Positions 1 to 8,357 of a DNA stretch of 64,000 nt are shown here, piece after piece. The stretch covers positions 28,319 through 92,318 of the forward strand of contig PEAO01000001.1 of NCBI GenBank assembly GCA_002753615.1. The letters run 5' to 3'. Numbering within the stretch: the stretch's first letter is position 1; every line of letters begins with the position of its first letter. The DNA comes from Magnetococcales bacterium DCbin2. Its GTDB lineage: Bacteria; Pseudomonadota; Magnetococcia; Magnetococcales; UBA8363. The notes under the pieces are model-generated. The model was not told where the DNA came from. It saw nothing but the letters and a program-made list of their open reading frames with translations, and did no database searches. Position numbers and translations under genes: made by a program.

Positions 1-217
1 GGCGGAGGTGTTTCGCGCCAATGTTGAGCGGATCAGGATTCCCCATGAATTTTCTCAGATTGCCCCTTTTGTCACTTTGAGCCTTGGTGTGGCGACGTTG
101 ATTCCATGTATGGAGAGCAAGCCGGTCACCTTGGTTGAAAAAGCCGATTCTCAACTCTATATTTCCAAAAAAAGTGGTCGAAACCGGGTGACTGGTGTCG
201 ATTTTGGCAAGCTTTGA
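1..217 (+). CDS. C-terminal fragment of a GGDEF-domain diguanylate cyclase (5' end outside window)
   Basis: Reading frame is open to the window edge. ...VTLSLGVATL...KADSQLYISKKSGRNRV matches the conserved GGDEF C-terminal pattern S.G.A ... AD.ALY.AK..GRNR. Confidence 0.7.
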   Translation, partial: AEVFRANVERIRIPHEFSQIAPFVTLSLGVATLIPCMESKPVTLVEKADSQLYISKKSGRNRVTGVDFGKL

Positions 218-688
218 AGGGTATCACCCAAAACCCACTGAACCCGATGACATACCAGAAATTGGTTGTATGAGTCCTCTCTTTTTCAAGATGTGGTACG
301 TGGATGCCGGGCCGATGGCGAAGAGTCACGATCCAGCATCAGAAACGTCAAACGACGGTAATCATCCTCTCGATATTCTTGATAAAAGAATATAGTTTCC
401 TATTATCTCCCAATTTTCCACCCATAAAGTCCCTTGGATGTAGAACTGTTATGGTCATTGATTTGACCATACCGCCCGTACCCGTTGTGGGGTTCGTCTC
501 TGCTAACATGGAAAATTGTGGGTTCTAGCGACTAATGCACTTTCCGGTAATAGAGGGGAAATAAGCCTTGACCGGCAGCATACTGCATGGAACGGGTCTG
601 TCTGATCTAAAATTGTTAATGATCAATCCCTTATATAAATAATACAACGCAAATATTATTAAGTTACGTTAATTTTGAAAAAAGTCAA

Positions 689-717
689 TTGACAATGTAA
701 ATTTGCATGAGTAGAAT
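689..717 (+). promoter_or_regulatory. Near-consensus sigma70-type promoter (TTGACA-N17-TAGAAT) upstream of the secretin operon
   Basis: TTGACA at 689-694, 17-nt spacer, TAGAAT at 712-717, embedded in an AT-rich stretch about 220 nt upstream of ATG 938. Confidence 0.55.
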
Positions 718-937
718 CCGCGAAATCAACGCAATTAGTCATCTAATTTTTTCTTCGTAGGGGGGGAACCTTTTTGTGGAAAAAGACGGTGACCGGATGG
801 GTCTGCTGAATCTGGTTGGAACTGGATAAAAACGAGTTTCACGGGGAGTGGAATTCCGTGTGCTGGTGGATGTGAAACCGATGAGCGATTCATTTTCGGT
901 TTTCATGTAACTATTCTGAGGTAGGGGAGGAGAGGGG

Positions 938-3217
938 ATGGGAGGTGTATCGCCACGGAACCGCCGTCTGGAAGCTACGAAACCGTCGCCTGGGTGGATG
1001 GGGGGGAGGTTGGCTGATGCCAAGGTTCTACTACCCCTGGGGTTGGTACTGATATTCCTGCTTGTTTTTTTCCATTCTGCAAGTGAAGCCTTGTCGGAAC
1101 CGAATCAAAATGAATCTCCTCAAGGTAATGCGGCTACTGGGAAGGAGCCTACGCGCCTGACGGCTGACACATTGAATGACCCTCATGGAGTTCCGTGGGA
1201 TAAGGTTAAGGCCGATAAGAAAACCGGCAGGGCCTCGTACAATATCGAACTTGGGCGTCTTTTATGGGGCCTGCTTCAGGGTAACACCACCGTTGATCTG
1301 ACCATTAAAATTGAAGGTCAGTTGATAGAAAAGGAAGAGGATAGTGCTAAAGCCCTGAATGAAAAAGTCTCCTACGACTTGCGGGAACTGACTGTCCAGG
1401 GAGCTTTCGAGAGACTTTTGAGGAAACATAATCTGTCTTTTCATTACGATGGAGAGAAGGAAGAAATTAACATTTTCAAAAATCAGGGGAGGCCCCAGTC
1501 CACAGGTGGGGGTGCCACGACAGAAAAGGATGAGACCGTTGCTGCACCGAAGGAAAACAATAAAACTTTAATCCATACATTTGCCAATCCTGAGATGGTA
1601 AATAAGCTGAAATTTGCACTGAGTCGAATGAATATTAGTGCAACGGATACCTCCTTTACTGTTATTGATGAGGTTACTGTTTTATTCCGGGGGCCTGATT
1701 CTATCATCAATGACGTCGGCACTATCGTTAGGGGTTTGCAGGAAAAGGAAACCAGGGAAGCTGTCAAAGTCGGAATCATAACAAATGATGTAAAAGAAAC
1801 GATTGACACTATTATGAAAAGGAATAAGTTAAAGTGTTCCTTGTCGGTGGAGGAGCAGCAATCGACTGAAATAATTTGGTCGGGTAATACAAAAAAAGGA
1901 CCAACCGAAGTATTCTGGCTCAGTGATACAGAGTGCGGGTTCAAGAGGAAGATAAGTCTCGGCAACGCCGTAGCCGACACGATTATGGAACCTATCCAGA
2001 CCATGATCGACAAGGTTTATCGCATTATTGATGTGAAGCCGGCGGAGCAGGAGTTGACTGCGAAAAATGTAGAACCAAAGGCAGAATCGACAGGGGGCTA
2101 TTCTTCGGCAGATCCAAAAAACAACCCTATCGTATTGCAGTTCCAATCGTCTGCCGAGCAAAAGAAGCAGCCATCATTTCCCGTCGTTGTGAGGGATCCG
2201 ACGTGCAATGGATTGATTATATACGCCACGAACATTGATCACATTCCAGCACTTTCAGAACTCATTAAAGATTTGGATCAACCGGCCCAGTTAGTCGAAA
2301 TCGAGGTCATGATTGTGGAGGCGCAGAAAAATCTGCTGCGTTCCCTGGGGACAAAGTTGGGGGGGAGTGCCTATCCCACGATAGTCACCAAAGATACTAC
2401 CAATACTTCCAGTATTTCCAATTTATTCGATGGAAACAGAGGGGACCATGCCAGTGTGATTTCCCCCCTGACGAGTGGGGCTTCCTTGGGTTTCCTTTAT
2501 CAGGGGTCGCGAAATCTCCTGGACGCCACTCTGTCTGCATTTGCCCGCGACAATCTTCTGGAACAGGTGGCATCGCCCAAGGTTGTTGTCCTCAATGGAA
2601 AATCTGCTGAAATCAAGAGTGCCGACCAGCAAAGTTTTCGGGTGGAAGGGAGTGCTTTAACCAATCCACCAACCAATGATAGCTATCAAACTGTGGATAC
2701 CGGTGTTGAGATCAACATTACCCCGACTGTGGTGAGTGGTAACCCGACGGAGCCACAGATGGATGGAAAGAAATTTATACAATTAATAATTCATGCGCAA
2801 AATAGTTCGGTCAATCCACAAACTTTGGCGGCATTTTCTCAAAATTCGCAAACAATGGATAGTGTCGTGATCGTCCCGGTGAACTCTACCTTCATTGTCG
2901 GCGGGCTTTTCAAGACAACTCGGGAGGAAATAGAGGCTGGGGTTCCCTATCTCAAGGAAATACCCCTTTTAGGCGGACTTTTTAAGGAAAATAAATCGGA
3001 AGATCGAACCAGAGAGACTATCTTTTTCATCACTCCGCGTTCCCATTCCATCAGCCTCAATGACAGACAGTCCCAAGACTTGGCTTCTCTTATCGGAGGA
3101 AAAGAAATGAAAGCTTATGTCGTGAAGAAAAAAGGTGAACTTGGCCGGGATCAGGCGGAAATAATCAAAAATAGTAAGCTGATCGACATCAAAGATCATT
3201 GGCAGGAGGATGAATAG
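938..3217 (+). CDS. Secretin (GspD/PilQ family outer-membrane channel)
   Basis: 759-aa ORF with a purine-rich RBS (ggaggagagggg) directly before ATG 938. Signal-like segment LLPLGLVLIFLLVFFHSASEA. C-terminal secretin core LVEIEVMIVEA ... GVPYLKEIPLLGGLFK ... ETIFFITPR. Confidence 0.88.
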   Translation: MGGVSPRNRRLEATKPSPGWMGGRLADAKVLLPLGLVLIFLLVFFHSASEALSEPNQNESPQGNAATGKEPTRLTADTLNDPHGVPWDKVKADKKTGRASYNIELGRLLWGLLQGNTTVDLTIKIEGQLIEKEEDSAKALNEKVSYDLRELTVQGAFERLLRKHNLSFHYDGEKEEINIFKNQGRPQSTGGGATTEKDETVAAPKENNKTLIHTFANPEMVNKLKFALSRMNISATDTSFTVIDEVTVLFRGPDSIINDVGTIVRGLQEKETREAVKVGIITNDVKETIDTIMKRNKLKCSLSVEEQQSTEIIWSGNTKKGPTEVFWLSDTECGFKRKISLGNAVADTIMEPIQTMIDKVYRIIDVKPAEQELTAKNVEPKAESTGGYSSADPKNNPIVLQFQSSAEQKKQPSFPVVVRDPTCNGLIIYATNIDHIPALSELIKDLDQPAQLVEIEVMIVEAQKNLLRSLGTKLGGSAYPTIVTKDTTNTSSISNLFDGNRGDHASVISPLTSGASLGFLYQGSRNLLDATLSAFARDNLLEQVASPKVVVLNGKSAEIKSADQQSFRVEGSALTNPPTNDSYQTVDTGVEINITPTVVSGNPTEPQMDGKKFIQLIIHAQNSSVNPQTLAAFSQNSQTMDSVVIVPVNSTFIVGGLFKTTREEIEAGVPYLKEIPLLGGLFKENKSEDRTRETIFFITPRSHSISLNDRQSQDLASLIGGKEMKAYVVKKKGELGRDQAEIIKNSKLIDIKDHWQEDE

Positions 3218-3250
3218 TCCCCATTCAAGAATCAACCTACGACTGGGAGC

Positions 3251-4006
3251 TTGTTATTGCAAATGGATATTATTAATAAAATGTATCGTTTAAAATTTAT
3301 GCTAAGTATTTTTATTATGGTTTTGGTGGTTTACGGTTGCGTTACTCCCGTCATCGAAGATCCTCAAGATGTTCAAGAGGACGACATCACAAGAGTGACT
3401 CCTGACTCTGCGGGCGTCCCGGTATGGACTGTTGGTGAAAGATGGGAATACAGCGATGGTTATGCGTTGGAGGTGGAGAGTGTTTCCAAGGAAGACGGCA
3501 CTTTGCGGGGTGATCATGAACCTTATCCCCCCGAAAATACATTGACACGCTTCAAGGTAACACTGCCGGGCGAAAGTTCCATGGAGTTTCGGGAGGATTC
3601 CTGGATAGTCTGTAAGGGTTTTTTTAAAGTTGAGTCAAATTTTAGCGGCGAACACAGGAAGAATGTCTTCGTTTCTGAAAAGCCAGACCAATTATTTCCT
3701 TTATCCGTTGGGAAATCGGTGACTTATGACCGCGAATTTCTTCGGAATGGAAAACTTATCAAACATCGTAGTTCCTGGCAGGTGATAGACTACCAACCCA
3801 AAGTAACAATCTCCAATCATGATTATGGGTGCTGGATTCTGGAATGGCAAACCGATTCTTTGCAAAGTGATTGGAGTGGACATGAAACTTGGTGGTATTG
3901 CCCAGAGATCAATAACTATGCGCGGATGGAATACCGTTATGGCGAAAATGAGACTTCTTCCCGAGTGTTGATCAAATACTCTCACCCTAACAAGCATGAC
4001 CAATAA
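3251..4006 (+). CDS. Hypothetical lipoprotein (possible pilotin/accessory protein of the secretin)
   Basis: N-terminus MLSIFIMVLVVYGC resembles a lipobox signal. Lies 33 nt after the secretin stop. Likely true start is ATG near 3281 (MYRLKF...). No recognisable catalytic motif. Confidence 0.5.
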   Translation: MLLQMDIINKMYRLKFMLSIFIMVLVVYGCVTPVIEDPQDVQEDDITRVTPDSAGVPVWTVGERWEYSDGYALEVESVSKEDGTLRGDHEPYPPENTLTRFKVTLPGESSMEFREDSWIVCKGFFKVESNFSGEHRKNVFVSEKPDQLFPLSVGKSVTYDREFLRNGKLIKHRSSWQVIDYQPKVTISNHDYGCWILEWQTDSLQSDWSGHETWWYCPEINNYARMEYRYGENETSSRVLIKYSHPNKHDQ

Positions 4007-4072
4007 AATTGACGAGAACAGATCAGGCTGACGTGGCGGTGTTGGTCGCTCCTTGGAAAGGGGCGATATGGG

Positions 4073-4690
4073 ATGGCTCGGACAGGACAGTGCAAGGAGA
4101 CGGTGATGGCCATTGAGAATAGAAAGGTGGGTCGGTTTGGGAGTCAAGGGGGTTTTACACTGGTGGAGTTGATGGTTGTGGTGACGATCATTGCAATCCT
4201 CTCTGCGGTCGGACTTCCCAGGTTGTATAAATATGTCCGCTCCAGCGAAGCGACCCAGGCATTGGAGGTTTCAGGTTGGATCGTCAAGGCAATTCATGGG
4301 TATGTGGACTCCCAAAGCAATACCCCCATCGACCAGTTGAATGCGCTCCTTAAGCCGGGGTCTGTGGGTAATCTGAACAGTGGTTCTCCAGACAAGGAAA
4401 TTTCCACTCTGATTCCGCACCTGACAGGGCCTCGTGAAGTAAAATTTCAGTACGAGATCAACGCTATCGTACAAGCGAACCACGATGTTTGGATTTGTGT
4501 CAAGTCGTGGGACAAAAAGGCAGACGGGGGGGGGGATCCCAACGCCTACATTCTTTATTCGGGGGCGGAATCGGCCAATCCTAACTGGCAGGGGCACTCG
4601 TTTTTGGCCAAGTATGTGGATGTTGCTGCTACGGCGATTCCCGGTGGTAACTGTGATGCCAATGGCGGAGCGGTCGCTGACCAGGATTGA
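4073..4690 (+). CDS. Prepilin-type N-terminal cleavage/methylation domain protein (major pilin/pseudopilin candidate)
   Basis: GG/FTLVELMVVVTIIAILSAVGLP: class III signal followed by a hydrophobic helix with Glu at +5. Alternative start ATG 4106 gives a 16-aa leader. Confidence 0.85.
   Translation: MARTGQCKETVMAIENRKVGRFGSQGGFTLVELMVVVTIIAILSAVGLPRLYKYVRSSEATQALEVSGWIVKAIHGYVDSQSNTPIDQLNALLKPGSVGNLNSGSPDKEISTLIPHLTGPREVKFQYEINAIVQANHDVWICVKSWDKKADGGGDPNAYILYSGAESANPNWQGHSFLAKYVDVAATAIPGGNCDANGGAVADQD
4526..4535 (+). repeat. Homopolymeric G10 tract inside the pilin CDS
   Basis: gac ggg ggg ggg gat encodes D-G-G-G-D (ADGGGDP); ten consecutive G. Confidence 0.9.
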
Positions 4691-4714
4691 TCATAAAATA
4701 TTAAAACGGGAAAA

Positions 4715-7309
4715 GTGGTCTTAGTCATGAATGGAAGTCATTATCTGCGTGTGACCTACCATATGGAAAGCGGTAATCCGAAAAGTTGCTGCTTTGAAAT
4801 GACCATGAAGGGTCCCAGATCGTTAGTTCTTGGCGGTTTGGGTCCCGACTATCCGAGATTCAATGATTTTGCTCTGTGTCATCCGAAATTTCCCTTGCCG
4901 TATCGGTTTTGTCTTCTGTCTCGATGCATGGATGGGAACGGGGGGTGGAAGTGGCAAATTCTTGATTTGGTGCCTAAGCGTAGTTGGGGGCGTGATCCTG
5001 CCAGGACGCAAGATTTGCGACCTTCCCAGGCCGTATGTTTCTTGGAAAAGGGGAATGTGCGGGTGGGTTACGAGCTGCTGGATGTGAAAAATGGCGATAA
5101 AGTTGTCATTCGCCCCCCCCACGGCAAGGGGGGGGGCGGTTCTCGGAATTTGCCAAGTATTGAACTAGAAATTCTCCATGTTCGTCCTGCTGGAAATTGC
5201 CAACGGGTTGAATATGATGGAAAAACAATGATCTGCGATCCTCAGGTCGAACTGGGTGGGTCAGGCTCTCCTTCGGTCAGTTGGAAAACCTTGATCTCCG
5301 ATCTCCATTGGGAGGATCTGTTGAGTGGGGTTATCAGTAATGAAATATATGATATATTTAATTATTTAAGACGAATCAAAGCGATAAAGAAAGGTGCTTT
5401 TTGGCAGCAAGACCAGAGCGAAAAAGAGTTGCGTGCTAAGTTTAAACATTTGAACAAGGTCATGGCTGAGAAATACACCAAGATTTATTCAAAGTGGGTT
5501 TTTGAAGTAAAAGATGAAGAAGAAAAATTAAAATCTGGTGCTATGCGGATCCTTAATCAGGATTTGACATCTTTTTTCCGTTTTCTTATGCGCATCTTAC
5601 AGCTTTATCAACTAGGACCGGAGCGAGTCAGAATCATCCAATGGGCTGGTTGGAAGACCGGGATACCCGTTTTCGTGGGTGATGCCATGGAAAAGGTATT
5701 GAAAGATATGGAGGGGGTTCCGAAAGGTCGTGGCGGTGCTTCAGGCAAGGGAAATGAGGCTGATGCCAACAAAGCTTCGGACAAAAAAGACTTGCCCCTC
5801 ATTATTTACACGAGGAAAAATCTAAAATATTTGGATAAATATCCTAAGGAAGTTTTGGACAGGTTTGGAATCATTCCTCTGGCCTCCTCGGTACGCCAGG
5901 ACCGTCATTATTGGGCGGTGCTGGATCCTTTCGATCAGGGGTGGCGATTTTTTATGGATGCGTTACGGCAGCCCAATGAACCGGAATATTTGCATGTGGT
6001 GGATATCGCAGATTACGACCAGTTCCGAGGCGAGATGGGAAAACGTCTGGATTATCGCCAAACTTCTGGGGATGGCGCATCGGTGGAGGATGGAAGCCAG
6101 GAATTGCCGTACGAAGCCATTCCAGATCGTATGCTGAAAATGTTGCAGGATGCCCAGGATCAACGGGCTTCCGATATCCATATTGAGGCGGACGATGAGA
6201 AAGGTGTTGTCCGTTTCCGGGTGGATGGCGTATTAAGCGAATATGCCGAATTCGCTAAGGAGACCCATAATGCTATTGTCTCCCATTTTAAGGTGAAAAC
6301 CCAGATGGATGTCACGGAGAAGCGACGGCCCCAGGACGGGCGTTTGACGGTTCATGGGACCGACATCCGAGCCTCAACCTATCCTACTGTCAAGGGAGAG
6401 AAATTTGTTTTGAGGTTGTTGGACCAGGAGGGGATCAAGAAGTCTACCGATTATTTGGGAATGCTCAGCATGGACTTGCAGCTTTTGCGTACCAACATCC
6501 ACAATCCCAGTGGTCTGATTCTTATCTGCGGTCCTACGGGTTCTGGGAAGACCACGACTCTCTACGCTTGCCTTTCGGAGTTGAACACACGCGAAAGCAA
6601 TATCATGACTATTGAAGAGCCGGTGGAATATCAACTGCATGGAATCAACCAGATGCAGGTGAGGACCGACATCGATCTTACTTTTGAAAAGGGTTTGCGG
6701 ACCATCCTCAGACAGGATCCCGACATCATCATGGTGGGGGAGATTCGCGACAGCAACACCGCCAACACCGCCATTCAGGCAGCCATGACGGGGCACCTCG
6801 TTTTATCCACCATCCATACCAATTCAGCACCCCAGGCAATAGGGCGGTTGTTGGAGATGGGGGTAGAGCCTTATATGATTACTTCCGCTCTGAATCTTAC
6901 GGTGTCTCAAAGACTGGTGCGTCGGGTCTGTTTGTCCTGCCGCAAACCGATATCGGGCGCGGAAATCAGGAGAAAAATGGATGATAATGGTTTTGATTAT
7001 GGCCATTTTGTCCAGACTTTTGGAATGGATATCCCTCTTCAAGATTATTTCTATGAGGCTGACCCGCATGGTTGCGAACAGTGTTTTAATCGTGGCTACC
7101 AGGGGCGGATGGCCATTTTTGAAACTTTTAATATGAATCGGGAAGTACGAGACTGTATTCATGCCAAAAAGACCGATACCGAGGAATTATGGGAGGCTCT
7201 GCGTGGTCCCAGGTGGAAGGAGATGACTCTTTGGGCACATGCGCGTTCTTTGTTGATGCGGCAAGGGGTGACGACATTCGATGAAATCACCCGCGTCATG
7301 GGGTATTAG
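4715..7309 (+). CDS. GspE/PilB-family secretion ATPase with a long unrecognised N-terminal extension
   Basis: Walker A GPTGSGKTTTLYA, Walker B/Asp box IIMVGEIRD, His box LVLSTIHTN, tetracysteine CLSC...CEQC. T2SSE_N-like segment YPKEVLDRFGIIPL...AVLDPFD. The preceding ~365 aa have no motif I can name. Confidence 0.9.
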   Translation: MVLVMNGSHYLRVTYHMESGNPKSCCFEMTMKGPRSLVLGGLGPDYPRFNDFALCHPKFPLPYRFCLLSRCMDGNGGWKWQILDLVPKRSWGRDPARTQDLRPSQAVCFLEKGNVRVGYELLDVKNGDKVVIRPPHGKGGGGSRNLPSIELEILHVRPAGNCQRVEYDGKTMICDPQVELGGSGSPSVSWKTLISDLHWEDLLSGVISNEIYDIFNYLRRIKAIKKGAFWQQDQSEKELRAKFKHLNKVMAEKYTKIYSKWVFEVKDEEEKLKSGAMRILNQDLTSFFRFLMRILQLYQLGPERVRIIQWAGWKTGIPVFVGDAMEKVLKDMEGVPKGRGGASGKGNEADANKASDKKDLPLIIYTRKNLKYLDKYPKEVLDRFGIIPLASSVRQDRHYWAVLDPFDQGWRFFMDALRQPNEPEYLHVVDIADYDQFRGEMGKRLDYRQTSGDGASVEDGSQELPYEAIPDRMLKMLQDAQDQRASDIHIEADDEKGVVRFRVDGVLSEYAEFAKETHNAIVSHFKVKTQMDVTEKRRPQDGRLTVHGTDIRASTYPTVKGEKFVLRLLDQEGIKKSTDYLGMLSMDLQLLRTNIHNPSGLILICGPTGSGKTTTLYACLSELNTRESNIMTIEEPVEYQLHGINQMQVRTDIDLTFEKGLRTILRQDPDIIMVGEIRDSNTANTAIQAAMTGHLVLSTIHTNSAPQAIGRLLEMGVEPYMITSALNLTVSQRLVRRVCLSCRKPISGAEIRRKMDDNGFDYGHFVQTFGMDIPLQDYFYEADPHGCEQCFNRGYQGRMAIFETFNMNREVRDCIHAKKTDTEELWEALRGPRWKEMTLWAHARSLLMRQGVTTFDEITRVMGY
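5113..5136 (+). repeat. C8 and G9 homopolymer tracts 7 nt apart inside the ATPase N-extension
   Basis: cgc ccc ccc cac ggc aag ggg ggg ggc encodes RPPHGKGGG. Confidence 0.9.
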
Positions 7310-7313
7310 GCCC

Positions 7314-8357
7314 ATGGCCCGCATTCGTCCTCGCTCCTTGCTTTTTTTTACCCGACAGTTTTCTTCGATGGTGAACAGTCACCTGCGGCTCAAGCAGATT
7401 CTGGAATCCATGGCGAATGATCCGAGTACGGACAAAAATATGAGGCCTGTATTACGACATCTATCGGATTCACTGGACCGGGGTATGGATCTTGATGTGG
7501 CGATGGGTAGTCGCAGAGATGTTTTCAATCAAGATTATATTTCTATTGTTCGATCGGGAGTGCAGTCCGGCAAATTGGGATCGGCACTGGAGCATCTAAC
7601 CAAATATCTGAGTGAAGCGCATCAAAATCGGAGCAAGCTGCTGACGGCCATCTCTTATCCCGTATTTATTTTTATAATTTTTCTGATCATGTTTCATATC
7701 ATGGTGTTTTTTATCCTGCCAAGATTTGAACTTATTTTTAAGGAGTTTGATAAGCCACTCCCGGAACTGACCCGGTGGGTGTTGGCATTCAGTCATTTTT
7801 ATCTTGAACACCTGACGATCATCATAACCTTGCTGGTACTGCCGGTGACCATGTTTCTGACTACCCGAATGAGTTCAAAGTGGCGACTGATCTGGGACAC
7901 GTACAAGTTGAACGTCCCCATTCTAGGATCCTTGTGGAAACTGTCGGCCCTGCACCGCTTTTTAAGTAGTCTCGGACTACAGGTAAAAAATGGCGTTTTG
8001 ATCGTGGATGCCATTCCGCTTGCCGGGAGTGCTGCCAACAATCTTTTTCTTAGAAGCATCTCTGATCAGGTGAAGCAAAGTCTCCAGGATGGTGCTTCTG
8101 TGACGGTGGCTTTTTCCCCCCACCCCCTTTTCCAAGGCGTTGCCCTCCAGATGATCCGCGCAGCCGAGGAGAGTGGTGTCATGGCCGAACCGTTGATTTC
8201 CACCGCAGACCATTTCAATGAACTGCTTCAGAGTCGGATACAGGTCATTACCGATCTGGTGACACCGATTCTGACCATTATTCTTGGGATGATCATTACT
8301 ATGATGCTTATTTCAGCCTTTCTGCCTGTATTCGAACTGGGAGGGTTACAGAGATGA
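7314..8357 (+). CDS. GspF/PilC-family inner-membrane platform protein
   Basis: Polytopic membrane protein with hydrophobic helices (LTAISYPVFIFIIFLIMFHIMVFFILP; LVTPILTIILGMIITMMLISAFLPV) and helical cytoplasmic repeats typical of T2SS protein F. ATG 7314 lies 4 nt after the ATPase stop (the track ORF begins at 7281). Confidence 0.8.
   Translation: MARIRPRSLLFFTRQFSSMVNSHLRLKQILESMANDPSTDKNMRPVLRHLSDSLDRGMDLDVAMGSRRDVFNQDYISIVRSGVQSGKLGSALEHLTKYLSEAHQNRSKLLTAISYPVFIFIIFLIMFHIMVFFILPRFELIFKEFDKPLPELTRWVLAFSHFYLEHLTIIITLLVLPVTMFLTTRMSSKWRLIWDTYKLNVPILGSLWKLSALHRFLSSLGLQVKNGVLIVDAIPLAGSAANNLFLRSISDQVKQSLQDGASVTVAFSPHPLFQGVALQMIRAAEESGVMAEPLISTADHFNELLQSRIQVITDLVTPILTIILGMIITMMLISAFLPVFELGGLQR

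Noticed and set aside
718-937. Leader of the secretin operon considered as a c-di-GMP (GEMM) riboswitch because of the adjacent GGDEF gene
   Set aside because: I could not find the conserved GEMM-I/II core sequences or the tetraloop-receptor arrangement. It is kept only as an unclassified structured leader.
1483-2161. 176-aa and 110-aa minus-strand ORFs within the secretin gene
   Set aside because: They are shadow ORFs opposite a long ORF with a canonical secretin C-domain.
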